Assembly: GCF_009914755.1 (NCBI RefSeq)
Contig: NC_060948.1
DNA length: 64,000 nucleotides
Source of the DNA: the human T2T-CHM13v2.0 reference genome, Homo sapiens
Reading direction: 5' to 3' (one strand)
Shown here: one piece after another, positions 29,535 to 45,138 of the stretch
Layout of the letters: each line of letters starts with the position of its first letter
How positions within the stretch are numbered: the stretch's first letter is position 1
Translations under genes and position numbers: made by a program
Notes under the pieces: generated by a model
Databases searched by the model: none
Told to the model about the DNA's origin: nothing
The model's input: the letters and a program-made list of their open reading frames with translations, nothing else

Positions 29535-31939
29535 TTAATTTGTTATTAATTTTGCCTGATTCTGTTATTACATATATTATAGTTCTTAATAATTCTGAAA
29601 TATTGTTATCCATTGTTTAAAGAGCTTATTAGAAATTCATTGGATTTGTTATCACTAGATGTGTCGTTGGTTCTTAGACTATGAAATATTTTAAAACTGT
29701 TTCTTGTATTATACTTCTCAACAGTCTTTTCGTATATGCTATGTGGAGATCTATCTTGGCATGTTGAAGGTTAATTTGAATGTTATTTGTACTCTTAACA
29801 GTTTTAATACATTTTGTGTGCTGGAGCACACAGTAGGCTTTCTACATGTATAGTTGTATGCCCCTTTCCCCAAAAGTTCATAAAACATCTGCGTCCCAAA
29901 TCAACCACTTCACAGGCCCAATTTTTATGATTATAGAGGAGACAAACTTTTATTGTCCCATGTTGAAGCCAAGATTTACCATAATGTTGGACTGAAATTG
30001 CTGCTTAATTGATACGCTACATTAGTATCTGTGGAATTCAATCATATATGTTGAAAATGTGGATATTTGTATTATTAACTGTTTGAAAAGCATAGTAGAG
30101 TCTTGGTATGGTTGAGTTTGTAAAATTCCTCAAGTTTTTGCTTAATGCTTCCTTTTAAAGTCACATAAAATAATAGAAAACTTAAGTAACTTCCAGTTAC
30201 CTCTAATTATTTCATTGGCTTCTGTTCCTCTCACATTTTACCCACTCTTTTTACCCTTGTTGTAGAACTATAAAAGCAATCTGAGCATCAGGTGCTGCCT
30301 GCATTTCAATCCTGCCAGTCAGGTTCAGAAGCTCGAAGACAAAAGTGGTATGACAGGCAAGCCCATATAGGCATGTAACCAAGCTTGCTGGCCCCTTTCT
30401 TTATCAAGAGCAGCTAAAACCAGTGAAAGCAACATAAAATTTGCATATCGTTCTCTTAAATTCTGTATCACCTCAAGCCTTGCTTGTACCTTCTTGAAGG
30501 TACAAAGGCTCTCCCAGATGCCAATGAAGACCCTCCCCAAAAGTGATCACAACTAGATACTTAACTCCAATGATAATTTTATTCATTTTGGGTGGTTTTG
30601 TCTGTAATTGTAATGTTATCGTCAACAATTGAAGACCTAATTTCCAATTCAGTCAAGAGGAAAGGCATAGGTGCATTCCAGCCTCACTAGGGTGCTCTGT
30701 TTATTTGTTCAAATTCTAGTTGAGTTCTTGACTGATGTCTTATGATCATGAGTCAAGAAATGAAGAAATTCCACATTCTCATGTTCATATTATTTGTTTA
30801 TAAAGTTGAAGTTGGAATGTAGGCTTTATAGTTAAACTGCTATAAAGTTTATATAGTTAAATACACAATTAGATTTATATAGTTTATATAGTTGAACCTA
30901 CCTCCAACTGAGTGACTTGCAAAGTACTTAAGTCTTCTGTGATTAAGATTTACCAAATTTGTAAAACAAGAATAACAGTAGTATATACCTACTTTATAAA
31001 TGAGTTAATACTTTCTAGAACATAGTATTTGCCAGAATGTTACCTGTATACAGCACATGCTTGAACACTTTCTGTAATTATACAGTCCCCTGAATTCATT
31101 GATTATGTTTTCTAGAACTAATCATTTACCTTTAATATTTTCCATTTCTGAGTAATGTTGCTCATTCTGAGTAATGTTGCTGAATAATGTCAGTTTGTTC
31201 TTAAATATAGGGACACAATTTCTCTCACTAAAACTTTTATATGATTAGGATTATATAAACCAATACCAACAAAAACTATGGTGATTGCATCTTAGAAATT
31301 TCTTCAAGCATAGGATGTAATATGCAAATAGATTTGAAGTTCTTACAGTTCACTAATGTTTTCTTAGTTTCTGATAATCATTTCATTAGTCTGTATTCTG
31401 ACTATATACGATACTACTAGTTGTTTATTTTTGTAAAAACATTTCACCAGTGGCATGGTCAGCTAATTTCATGTTATTTTAGATAACAAAGTAACATTAA
31501 AATTTTACTTATGGCAAAAATGAGTACCCTTGTCTCACTACTTGAATTTAGCCAGGAATACTTCCTGAATGACATTTTTCAAAAACCTTTATGTGCATCA
31601 ACAAACTATCAACCACTTTGTTTATCTCATTGAAAGGATGGTATTTGTGATGATTTACTTACAAGAGTATTATATGTCATTTTTCCTGATTTCTGAATAA
31701 AATTTGTAGGATTTACACTAGTTACAGGGCACATTACTGTTCAAGAAAATGTCTTTTTCTAAGAATTGTCATTTAAATGTCTTCTGTTCTTTCTACTTTC
31801 ATTATGACACTTGATTCTTTTGGGGACAAGTTGCCGCAGGAAAAAAGTCTCTTCACAAGTGTCACTCAGCAACAATGTCAGTGCTAAATGCAGAATCTGG
31901 CTTTGATTCAGTCACTAATTCTACCTCATTTTCTTTGTG

Positions 31940-32275
<336 letters not shown>

Positions 32276-33706
32276 TGAAGTACTATTAAATCTTCAGTGT
32301 GGGTTTTTCTGATCTAAAAAATATTTTGAACTGAAGTGATTAATTTCATGAAGTTTGTATCTCTTTGACAATGTAGGCTTTGTACTGGAAAGTACAGGAT
32401 GAACTTTAAACATCCTACTGTGCCAGAAATTGTAAAAAGTTTTTAGAAAATCATATTGACATATCAAAAAGACATAGGATTTGCCTCTCAGTAGTCAAAT
32501 CTGTGACAATTTGGGCATCAAAATAATTATACTTATGACATAACTGCTTTACAATATGAGTCCTTTATGTTGATTAAAATAAATGGAGAACAATGCCAAC
32601 GAAACATAGGAAAAAAACAATAGATGATAAAAGAAGTAGCTGAAAGTCTAATAAGAAACAGATTACTGACTCAGTGTCAAAGTATCCTCCCAGAAGTTTA
32701 TACAAAGAGAAAAATACTAACTTTTCAGTGGAGAAACGTGGCAGAAACACCTTAAATAAGTGATCTAAGTTAAAACATAATTAATAAAGGACACACTGAC
32801 ATGGCTTCTGATAATATGTGAAATGAACATAGGATATTTTTGGGGTATTTTGTTCAAATCATTGCAAAACCTGAATCTATGGAAAATACAGAATGCAAAT
32901 TGAGTGGTGTAAGTGGCTTTATTCTTAAAATGGTTAAAATAAAGAAACACAGAAAAGATAAAAGGAAACTTTAGGTAAAAGAAAGCTACTTGTAGTATAT
33001 GAGCCAGAGTTTTATTCTAGACTTGCAGAAAAGAAAGCATAAAGTGATGACATTATTGGTACACTTCATTAAGTTTCTAAATGCACCATGGATCTGATAG
33101 CAGTCTTATTTGGAGTCTTAAAACCTGGTAAATATACTGTGGTTATGAAAAATGTTACGTGATTGATCCTTGAACAACACAGGGTTAGGGGCCACCCTAC
33201 AAAGTCAGACACCCCACAAAGTCAGAAAATCCATGTGTAACTTTTGTAGGGGACACCCTACAAAGTCAGAAAATCCATGTGTAACTTTTGACTCCCTCAG
33301 AATTTAATTACTAATAGCATACTGTTAACTGGAAAGTATTAATGATAACCAAAACAGCTGATTAAAACATATTTTATATATTCATGCATATTGTACACTA
33401 TATTACAATTAAGTAAGCTAGAAAAACAAGATGTCACTGAGAATATTGTAAGAAAGAAAATAACCTCTACTGTTTATTAAGTGGTAGTGCATCACCCTGA
33501 AGGCCTTCATCCTGGTTGTCTTCACATTGAGCAGGCTGAGGACAAGGAGGAAGAGGAAGTGTTGGTCTTGCTGTCTCAGGGGTGTCAGTTGAGGAAGAAA
33601 TGGAATGCGAGGCAGGAAAGGCAGGCACACTCGTGTAACTTTAGGGAAATATTATTTCTGGCTGATGTTTTTGCTTTGTCATGTTTCAAAAAATGTTTCT
33701 ATACAA

Positions 33707-34035
33707 CAGGGGTCCCAAACCCCTAGGCCAAGGACCATGATTGGTCCCTGGCCTGTTAAGAACTGGGCCACACAGCAGGAAGTGAACAGCAGGTGAGAGA
33801 GCATTAGCTCCTGAGTCTTGCCTCCTGTCAGATCAGTGGTGGCATTAGATTCTGATAGGAGCGGGAACCCTATTGTAAACTGCACATGCGAGCTCTCTAG
33901 GTTGAGTGGTCATTGCACTTGATGCCTGATGATCTTATGTGGAACGGTTTCATCCCAAAACCATCCCCACCCAGTCTGTGGAAAAATTTCTTCCAAGAAA
34001 CTTGTCCCTGGTGCCAAAAAGGTTGGGGACTGCTG
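33707..34035. mobile_element. MER1B (hAT-Charlie MITE) nested in Tigger2
   Basis: caggggtcccaaacccc ... ggtgccaaaaaggttggggactgctg. Confidence 0.88.
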
Positions 34036-35211
34036 CGGTATAGTACTAATCCATCCTGCACCATTTGCTGTAGTTTCAGCACCTGTATTATGGAAGTCCA
34101 TGTCATAAAAGAAGGCAAAAGCAGTCTTTAGTGATCAGAATCCTCTGCCAGCTTGTTTAATGTCAGTTTGTTTTCTGTCAGTGCTTCTACTACTTCCTCA
34201 TTGTCTGCCACTGGTTCAGAAGCATTCATTTCCATTAAGTTGTCTTGTGTCTTAATTCCTTGGTGTAGTGTCTATTAGCTCTTGAATTTGTCCAAGATTC
34301 ATATCATTAAACCGTTAACCCATCCGGTTTTTGCTGTTTGCATGATCTCTTTCATGCGATTACCTTAATGAGCTCTGTTGTAAATCCTGGGAAGTCATGT
34401 ACAACATCTGGACATAGTTTTGAATGTGTTGTTTCCAGCCTGAGGGCTTTCATCATCTTTTCTGTTAAAATGATGGCATCTGCAGTGGTGTAATCCTTCC
34501 ACATTTTCATGATCTTCTCTCTGTTAGGGTTCTGTTACACAGTATTCACAGTCCTTTCTAGAGAGTACCATGTGTAATGAGCCTTAAAGTTCCTTATGAC
34601 TTGCTGATCTAGAGGCTGAATTAGAGACGTGTTTGGAGGCAAGCAGACCACATTGATGCCTTTGCCCAGAGGCATTGTCTAATTTCAAAAAGAACATTAA
34701 AAGGCACCCATTACTGGCAAGGTACTTCCTGACTTCAGGGACAAAGCTCTGATGGAACCAACCCAGAGAAAGGGTTCTTCTACTTGTCAAGCCTTCTTGT
34801 TGTGCAACCACAAGACTGGCAGCTGGTGTTTATCTTTTCCTTTCAAGGTGGAGCATTAACACTTTATAGGAAAAGAGCCATCCTGATCATTAGCCTGACT
34901 GCATCTACAGTTAGCATACTCTTTCCTGCCTTAAATCTTAGTACTTGCCTGTTTCTTACTAACAAATGTCCTCTGTGCCTTTTTTTTCTTCCAGAATAGG
35001 GCACTTTCATCTGCATTAAAAGTCTGTTGAGGCAGAGATCTTTTCTCAATAGTTTTTACGAATGCCATCTGGGAACTCAACTGCTGCCTCTTGCTTGGCA
35101 AAAGCTGCTTCTCCTGTTATCTTGATATTTTTAAAGACAAACCACTTTCTGAAATTATCACATCATCCTAAGCTGGCAGTTCTTCAGTTTCAAATCCTTC
35201 ACCTTCCTTTT

Positions 35212-35694
35212 TGCTGGGTCTGACCCGCAGACTCTGGCCAAGCGACGGATGAGAAAATGTACGCAGACACAGGTTTTTTTTGCCTGGGCACACGGCTAGG
35301 GGACTGACCGCTCACAGACACCCAGGAAGGTGCTGTAAAGAGTCACAGCAGTTGCAGCCCTGAGAAGTGGGCATTTATTTAATACACATTTAATGACAAA
35401 GGCTTTCAGTCAACACAACTTGTGGGTATTTACCTGGAGAGAGCAGTCCTGCACGCACATGATTAAAGGCCAGGTTCTGAGGCCTAAGTAAACTTAACTT
35501 ACCTAGATCAATTCCTTTACACTTCCTTGTTATCTACCTTTTGCTCTCAGGCTCTGGATAAGAGAATTTGGCTGCCTTCAGCCAAATTATCTTTCAAAGC
35601 TTTTGCAAAACCTCCCAGCCTTCCAAGAAGGTTTGCATCTTTTCCTATAATTTCTTCTTATAATTTCTCCCACTACCCTGACCGAACTCCTACA
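35212..35694 (-). mobile_element. Solo LTR22B-like LTR (HERV-K HML-5) nested in Tigger2
   Basis: The - strand begins tgtaggagttcggtcagggtagtgggagaaattata and ends ...tcagacccagca; perfect 6-bp TSD cctttt at 35206-35211 and 35695-35700. Confidence 0.85.
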
Positions 35695-35873
35695 CCTTTT
35701 GCTTTAAGTTGTCATATGACTTTGATTTTTCCCGTTAGATTAGTCTATAAGTGTGCCTTTTTTATAGCAGTCTTACTCAAAAAAACTGCATTTTCAATAC
35801 AAAATTGAAGATATTTCACAAAAGTGCAAAGTTTGTTTCTATTGTCATAGATGCAATGACAGCTTCATGAAGA

Positions 35874-35882
35874 GTGTGTGTA

Positions 35883-35916
<34 letters not shown>
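35874..35916. repeat. (TG)16 microsatellite with an interrupted 5' extension
   Basis: Read directly. Confidence 0.95.
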
Positions 35917-35919
<3 letters not shown>

Positions 35920-36133
35920 ACAATCGTCCTTACACTGAATTCATTTATCGTGAAATGGTGGGCAGTCATGGTTGCAGAACTCAGTCTGCAATGCATATCA
36001 AACAATTCAGCTTTTTCTTGTGATATCATGATTTTCACTATTTTGGGGGAAGCACATCATTTAGGTCCTCTGGTGTCATTCATTGTTTCCATTATTGCAC
36101 TAAACACAAAAAATACATGAGAACTGCAAGAGA

Positions 36134-36432
36134 TTTTTTTTTTTGAGACAGAGTCTCACTCTGTCGCTTAGGCTGGAGTGCAGTGGCACAATCTCAGCTC
36201 AGTGCCACCTCTACCATCTGGGTTCAAGTGATTCTCCTGCGTCAGCCTTCTGAGTATCTGGGATTACAGGCATGCTGCACCATGCCCAGCTAATTTTTGT
36301 ATTTTTAGTAGAGACACGGTTTCACCATGTTGGTCAGGCTGGTCTCAAACTCCTGACCTCATGATCCTCCCTTCTTGGCCTCCCAAAGTGCTGGGATTAT
36401 GGGATTACAGGCATGAGCCACCATGCCCAGCC
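36134..36432 (-). mobile_element. AluS nested in Tigger2, TSD caagagatt
   Basis: Alu consensus. Confidence 0.92.
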
Positions 36433-36571
36433 AAGAGATTACTTTTTACCATGATACATAATTTACTGAAGAGACTAACTGCTCACTCAGGAGTTTAGAA
36501 TCACACAGCATTTTAAGTATACTCAGCAACACTGGAGCTCACTGAAATAAACATATTTTAAGTATTCATGA

Positions 36572-36884
<313 letters not shown>

Positions 36885-38051
36885 TTTTCTTATTTTTTTT
36901 TTCAATATTTCTAAGCTATGTTGTTCATCTGTTTTCTCTAATTGTCACAAATTTTCTAAAAATTTTCCAATACTCATCATTTATGTTAAAAGATCCATAT
37001 ATATTAATGAGTAGACCAGTGCAGTTCAAGCCCATGTTGTTCAGGGGTCAACTGTACTTGTTACTGGGAAATAAACATAACTTTAAGGAATAAAATTAGG
37101 TGATGTGTCCAGCTTACCTTCAAATGGTTCATTAAAATGACATATACATATAAACAGAGATACCTGTAAAAACAAATAGGCAACATCTAAACAGTTGATA
37201 TATCTGGATAAACAGTAGTTCATTGTATTATTTTTGCACCTCGTCTATAAATTTGAAATTACATTAAAATGTAAAGTCATACACATAAACCAACCCCATG
37301 CCACACACTCCCCCTCAAGAAAAAAAAAATAGCTTTTAGTTCAAAGTGTATAGGGGATGAAAAAGTACCTCGAGTGCCAGTCTGATGTTTAAACAGATGT
37401 TTCAGTATCAGTGGTCGGAAAAACAAGAAAACATATATGCAACTGAAAGTCTTTTTATATTATTGTGCCAGATTTTTAAAGAAAACTTGAGGTTCTGAGA
37501 TTTGGTGCAATCTGTCAGTCTCATGGAAGTAAGCTGTACGTTTCTACAACAGTTAGCAGGTGTTCCTGTATATAGAAGTAAAAAGCCACGAGTCAAAATA
37601 TGTGAGATTTCTTTCTTCACTAAATAGTGCACATTCTAAACATTCTATTCCATCTTTATTGCAAGTCAAGATTTTGCTTCTAATTGAAGAACGTTTTTTG
37701 GCACCAAGTGTGAACGTTACAAGGTCCAAGAGATGTATACCTGAGAAATACCTGTGTCTGTTGCAGAAGAAAAACAACATATTTCCTCCCATACTATGTT
37801 TAAAAGTTTCGGGATAAAGGTCTTTCATTCCTGACAACACTTGGTATTGGCATGTATTTCAACTGTCTTCTGTTTAATCTCGCAAACAGTCATTTTCAGG
37901 CATATGGTTTTTATCGTATTCTTCTAATGCTTTTCTTCTGTTACTTTTATTTTGCTAGGTATTGGGATAAGCCACCTTAGGGCACTTTTCTTTAAAAGCA
38001 TGGCTTTTGTGTTGGAGTAAATTCATATTTTAGTTGAGTGTTACCTTTTGA

Positions 38052-38359
<308 letters not shown>

Positions 38360-38407
38360 AGGACAGTAGCTTTGAACTTAATCTTTGCTGTTTAAAATGT
38401 ATTTACA

Positions 38408-38701
<294 letters not shown>

Positions 38702-38988
38702 TTACAAACACTGAGATTTTCACCCAGTAGATGATGTTAATAAAGTAAATAAAAAGCATTTACCAATTTTATATTAAAAAATAAAGATTTCTGACATAGG
38801 CTAGGCCTGGTTTCCAACACAAGTATTTATAATCATAATGACAAGGTAGGTTTTTCAGAGTATCTGAGACTGTTTGAGCCAGTTCATACCCTGGTGATTG
38901 AGATACTCATATGATAACTTTATAAAATACAGCATTTTCTCTCATCTTAATTTTTTTGAGTGAATAAAGAAGTGATATTTTTAATGTT

Positions 38989-39046
38989 GAAATACTTTGC
39001 CTACAAAGAAGGAAGGAAATATTTTGCCTACAAAGAAGGAAGGAAA
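38989..39046 (+). repeat. 27-bp tandem duplication
   Basis: gaaata(c/t)tttgcctacaaagaaggaag x2. Confidence 0.93.
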
Positions 39047-39345
39047 ATGGAAACATGATGGTAAAAAAATCGTAGGCTGTACTCACAAATTGCGCCAGTG
39101 TGTGTGATGAATGAAGGGGGAATTAAGACTAAAAAAATATTTTTGATAACGTGTTCAGCAAGTTATATTTTTCTTTGTGTAAAAAGTGACTGTATTTTTG
39201 TGGGAGTAAAGGGTTTAAATAAACATACCATAATTACAAGTTTCCGTTAATGAGAATGATTATTAACTTAATAATTTCTTTTTACCTAAGTCAATAATGT
39301 TGTGGATATACATGTGTATAATGCATAATTTTGGTTTATTTGCAG

Positions 39346-39433
39346 ATCATGAAGACTATGATCCACAAACAGTGAGGCTTGGAAGTCGATACAGTCATGT
39401 TCAAGAAGTTCAAGAACGACTAAACTTCCTTAG
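39346..39433 (+). CDS. USP9Y: USP9Y coding exon (~15), 88 nt
   Basis: ttgcag|ATCATG ... CTTAG|gtttgt; [30 protein letters not shown]. Confidence 0.94.
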
Positions 39434-39504
39434 GTTTGTTTTAAACCATCAGTGCTATTCTTTTAAGGCACTGCAGTGATAAGGAATGCAGGGTTATTCT
39501 GTAT

Positions 39505-39631
39505 TTATTTTTTCTTTTTGAGACAGGATCTCATTCTGTCATTCAGGCTCAAGTGCAGTGGGGCAATCTAGGCTCACTGAAGCCTCAACCTCTCCAGGAG
39601 GTGATCTTCCCACTTCAGCCTCCTGAGTGGC
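39505..39631 (-). mobile_element. AluJ right-arm fragment
   Basis: ttgagacaggatctcattctgtc...gcctcctgagtggct. Confidence 0.8.
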
Positions 39632-40753
39632 TTGTGAATATTTTAACAATGATAGAGACAAAAGCAACCTCTAACTATGTATAATAACATTACTTTAAAT
39701 GGGATAAGTAAAGTTGTCTGTCCTTTAAGCCAAACCTATGTTCCAAACTGAATTTACTCAGTAATACATAGCTTTTAATGACATGTATTTTTTTATGTAT
39801 GTATAGCTTGAGTATTGAGAGATCTCTTAGAAATGCAGTTTACCATACTATTGCAAGAAAAGTATTTGAATAAGTATACTAAGAAAAGTTGCCAGAACTA
39901 TTTATCAGTGTTTTATAAAATTTACTGAATTCATTGTTTCTCTCTATTAATTCTGGGATTAGTTTTCTTTTTACAGAGCATGTAATTCTGTTTGCTGATC
40001 AATCAGATAATTTATGGGACAATATTTATTTGACATAAAGTCTGTTTTTTTTTTTATTCAGTCAGTTCATAACTATTGAGGATTTTACGGTCTGCCAGAT
40101 AGATCTCATCTTTATTATAGGATTTCAGTTTGCAAAATATTCTAGTATCAGGTTTTCTGACACTTGTAGTACCTTTTTTTTAACCACATAGAAAAACAAT
40201 CTGCCTCTTAATATTGAGTATCTCTTCCAAAGTGAGCCATTGTTTTTGGTAAATGTGTTCCTTAGGTTTATTGGGTTGGAAAAATTAGTTAGAATTTATT
40301 CATTCTATTAGTAAAGTTTAGAATCAGATGACCTTCCAGAGTTCATATTACAGTACTACAGTTAATCAAAGGGGGAAGCTATAAGAGCTAATGCCGGCTG
40401 TATATATTTGGCCTTGTGCTAATCACTTTACTCATCATGACAGCCTTGTGAGGCAGGTGTTAACTCCTCATTGGGATTCCATTTGGGGAAAACAAAGTGC
40501 TTTGAAATCACACAGCTGGTATGTGATAGAGACCAGATTACCCATATAGAAGTTTTTAAAAGTGTCTGCCCTATGACACCAGTGAATTTTCAGACATTTA
40601 CACTGAAACGTTAGTTTACAAACTGCTGTGTTTCATCTTGCTGGATCTCTTGTTGCTCATTTATAAATTAGGATGAGAGAGATTAGGTAGATTTAATCTA
40701 GGTGGTCCCTTCATGCTCAGCACTCTTACAGAGATATTAACAACTTAAAATTA

Positions 40754-41068
<315 letters not shown>

Positions 41069-41860
41069 GATCCAGAAGAAGAAACCTTCTGCTATTAAAT
41101 AAAAACACCACACTCTTTTTGGAATAAAGCCACTGTCATTTTGTTAACTAAGTGTGAAGTTATTATTCAAATTAAAATAAACTTATTTTTCCTTTCATTG
41201 TCATTCACAGAAATAGTAGACAGAGTGGGTGGAAGAGTGCTAAGAGAAAGTGGAAGCCAACCAAATAAAGAGACTGCTTAAAGCAGACTAATCATTGTTT
41301 TATTGTAGTGAACTAATAAATAGTGAAACAACTAAAAAGCTCGAGGACATCACTGAGGACACACTAATGATTACAGAGATAGACATAATTTTTAATTACT
41401 GGTGGATTTTTTGTTTCATATGGCTAGTTATGAGTGCAATATTTTCAGAAATGTAAGCAGTTTAAGCCGCTTTAAATTCATGGTGATATTTAGTTATCTC
41501 TGAAAGTCATTTAGTGTAATAACCTTATTTTGCAATGATATAATTTAAGGGAGAGCTAAATCAGTATTGGGTTTCAGAAGGAGAGCTGAAAATGAGGAGA
41601 AGTCTTCTTACTTAGGGCACATCACCCAGCAAAGTTGCTGGCATTTTGTAGCTGCCTCATATATATTTGTTAAACAAATGTGAATACCTGACACATTTTA
41701 AATTCCAGATATGTGTTTAACAAATTATTTTGAAAGAATTCATATTTTTAAAGCTGTAATTAAAATATAATTGTGGTGAAGTATTATGTTGTGCCTGTCA
41801 AAACTTGCTTTGCAGGAAAAAACTATGTTGACCCTAATTACTGATTTATGTTTCTCCAAG

Positions 41861-42203
41861 ATTTTTACTGAAGGATGGCCAACTGTGGCTCTGTGCTCCT
41901 CAGGCAAAACAAATATGGAAGTGCTTAGCAGAAAATGCAGTTTATCTTTGTGATCGTGAAGCCTGTTTTAAGTGGTATTCCAAGTTAATGGGGGATGAAC
42001 CAGACTTGGATCCTGATATTAATAAGGACTTCTTTGAAAGTAATGTACTTCAGCTTGATCCTTCCCTTTTAACTGAAAATGGAATGAAATGCTTTGAAAG
42101 ATTTTTCAAAGCTGTCAATTGTCGAGAAAGGAAACTAATAGCAAAAAGAAGATCCTATATGATGGATGATTTGGAATTAATTGGACTAGACTACCTTTGG
42201 AGG
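41861..42203 (+). CDS. USP9Y: USP9Y coding exon (~16), 343 nt
   Basis: ctccaag|ATTTTTA ... TGGAGG|gtaagt; [19 protein letters not shown]...GLDYLWR. Confidence 0.96.
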
Positions 42204-42458
42204 GTAAGTGAGTAGTAAGAACTTTCATATGCCAACATTGTACCTGAGGTTACTTTTTAAAAATAATTCAAGAGTCATAATTTTGCCTGAGAATTTCATG
42301 GCTATATTCTGTTTTGATGCTTGTCCTAGAAATCTAGGTGTGCAAGGATAATTGCTCTTCTTTACCTTCTTATATTTTATTCATTACTGGTTTTTTCTCT
42401 CACCCTGTTGTACTAACTTAGAATCTGTCACCCTTTTCAGATGTATAGAATTATAGTA

Positions 42459-42764
42459 GGCTGGGTGCGGTGTCTCATGCCTGTAATCCCAGCACTTTGG
42501 GAGGCCGAGGCAGGCAGATCACAAGGTCAGGAGACGGAGACCATCCTGGCTAACACGGTGAAACCCCGTCTCTGCTAAACATACAAAAACAAAATTATCC
42601 GGGCGTGGTGGTAGGTTCCTTTAGTCCCAGCTACTTGAGAGGCTGAGGCCAGGAGAATGATGTGAACCTGGGAGGCAGAGCTTGCAGTGAGTTGAGATTG
42701 CGCCACTGTACTCCAGCCTGAGGACAGAGCGAGACTCCGTCTCAAAAAAAAAAAAAAAAAAAAA
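42459..42764 (+). mobile_element. AluY with TSD agaattatagta
   Basis: gaccatcctggctaacacggtg, gagcttgcagtgag. Confidence 0.94.
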
Positions 42765-43748
42765 GAATTATAGTAACCCTCTACATGCTGACTACATCTT
42801 CTATTCTCCCCTCCTTTGTGAAAGTTATTCTCTCTTTTTTATATAAGATAGATCTTGAAGTTTATATGTATTTGATGCTGACATGAACGATGGACAGAAG
42901 ACTATTACTAGGATATCATTATGAATCAATACCTTTATTGATATTGTTCACTTTGTATATATTTAAATAGCTGGAATAAATGTTGCATGCTCATAAAGCT
43001 AACTTTCCCATATTAATAGTGTAATATATCTTGTTGCCATCTTGATATATCTAATCTGTTGTGTCACAGCTTATATTTGGGTTTTATTATTTACTTATTC
43101 TCTGGACAAACTTTATGTAAACTGAGAAGTTGCTACGGTGTTCCATTAAAACCAGTGGTTTTTGAAACATTTTAACTAGTAGTAACTCCTATCAATTAAA
43201 AAACTATATACAGGTAGTGGAAGTAAGAGAGGAAAGCTTGCATTTCTTTGCTTAGTTTCCCATTATTCATTTCCTTTCTGTCTTCAAACTCCCCAAATTT
43301 TCATTCCTGAAATACTCTAAGGTGCAAGGATTCTAAACTTAGTTTGAAAAACACTGATTTATTAAATGATTGGTAAAGATTTACAAAAATTGCTGGGGCC
43401 AGCAGGACAGCTCTATGTTAAATAGTATTTCTCGCACCTTTTTTTTTTTAGCATACTTGAATTAACCCTTGAAAACCTATCAGCTTGACTAACAAGTTGA
43501 CAAGTTAAATATTATCACTTGAAGTATTTGTGTCTTTCATTCTTAAGCAAACGGCTTTGTTCAGAAAACTTGTATTTTTTATTAATCTTTGAATTCTTAA
43601 GATCCCTTATTGTATATTAAGTATCAATCAACTTATCTTTAAGTTATTGAAGATTATATTAAAAATAATTAAGGATATGATTTAAATTTAAATACCAAAT
43701 TAAACTGTATCTTGAATGGTTTTAATACTGTAATATTTTTGGAACCAG

Positions 43749-43844
43749 GTTGTGATTCAGAGTAGTGACGAGATTGCTAACAGAGCTATAGATCTTCTTA
43801 AAGAGATATACACAAACCTTGGCCCAAGATTAAAAGCCAATCAG
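43749..43844 (+). CDS. USP9Y: USP9Y coding exon (~17), 96 nt
   Basis: aaccag|GTTGTG ... AATCAG|gtgaga; [32 protein letters not shown]. Confidence 0.94.
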
Positions 43845-44124
43845 GTGAGAATTGAAGTGCTTAAAAAGATCCACAACAATTGGGTTAAGTTGTTGGGTAG
43901 TATCTTTTTTAACCTGAAAATAACTAGAAAATAATCTTTAACTCTTGTCAAAAATATTTTTTCAGTGTTTAATCCACTTTTCTCCCTTGCCCAATGCTGA
44001 CTAAAGAAATGTTTCTTTGATAATTATCCTTAGGTGATTGAAATAATTTTAAATGTAATTATTCATTATCGTACGTTGAGATGGCCAGAACTTTGTCTTA
44101 GATTGGCCTTTTGTCTAGGCATTT

Positions 44125-44412
44125 GTTTTTTTTTGTCTTTTTGAGATTCCTGTCTGTCACCCAGGCTGGAATGCAGTGGTGCAGCCACAACTCAGCTACA
44201 GCCTGGAACTCCCAGGCTCAAGCTATCTCCCTGCCTCTGATTATAGGCGCACACCACCGCACCAGCTAATTTTTTTTTTCATTCTTCTTGTTAGAGATGA
44301 GACCTCACTATGTTGCCAGAGCTAGTGTCTAACTCCTGGGCTCATGCTATCGTCCCTCTTCAGCCTCCCAAAGTGCTGGGTTTACAGGCATGAGCCACAT
44401 GTGCCCGACTGG
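44125..44412 (-). mobile_element. AluJ-like
   Basis: Diverged Alu consensus. Confidence 0.85.
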
Positions 44413-44420
44413 ACATTCAC

Positions 44421-44717
44421 TTTTTTTTTTTTTTTTTGAGATGGAGTTTCACTCTTCTTGCCCAGGTTAGAGTTCAATGGCGGGATCTTGGCTGTCTGAA
44501 CCTCCGCCTCCCAGGTTCAAGCAATTCTCCTGCCTCAGCTTTCCGAGTAGCTGGGATTACAGGCGCCTGCCACAACACCTGGCTAATTTTGTATTTTTTT
44601 AGTAGAGACGGTTTCACCATGTTGGTGAGGCTGATCTTGAACACCTGACCTCAGGTGATCCACCTGCCTCGGCCTCCCAAAGAGCTGGGATTACAGGCGT
44701 GAGCCACCACACCTGGC
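44421..44717 (-). mobile_element. AluSq-like with TSD acattcacttt
   Basis: Alu consensus. Confidence 0.93.
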
Positions 44718-44926
44718 CAACATTCACTTTTTAAAAACAAAATTGGTTTATACTTGCTAGTTTCACGTAATCAGTTTCCTTTTCAGGAAACTTGTGTTTT
44801 ACTACTGGGTAAATATGACTATGATTGAGTTACCTTTAAATTGACATTTTACTGCTTTTTATTAGATTGATGTCACATTTCATTTGTAAACAACCTGGAT
44901 TATCTGTATTTGTCCATTATTTATAG

Positions 44927-45138
44927 GTGGTTATCCATGAAGACTTCATTCAGTCTTGCTTTGATCGTTTAAAAGCATCATATGATACACTGTGTGTTTT
45001 TGATGGTGACAAAAACAGCATTAATTGTGCAAGACAAGAAGCCATTCGAATGGTTAGAGTATTAACTGTTATAAAAGAGTACATTAATGAATGTGACAGT
45101 GATTATCACAAGGAAAGAATGATTCTACCTATGTCGAG
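44927..45138 (+). CDS. USP9Y: USP9Y coding exon (~18), 212 nt
   Basis: ttatag|GTGGTT ... TCGAG|gtttgt; [20 protein letters not shown]...MILPMSR. Confidence 0.95.

Noticed and set aside
37380-37930. Overlapping ORFs on both strands, possible retrocopy
   Set aside because: No recognisable protein similarity, poly-A tail or TSD; cannot be supported without BLAST.
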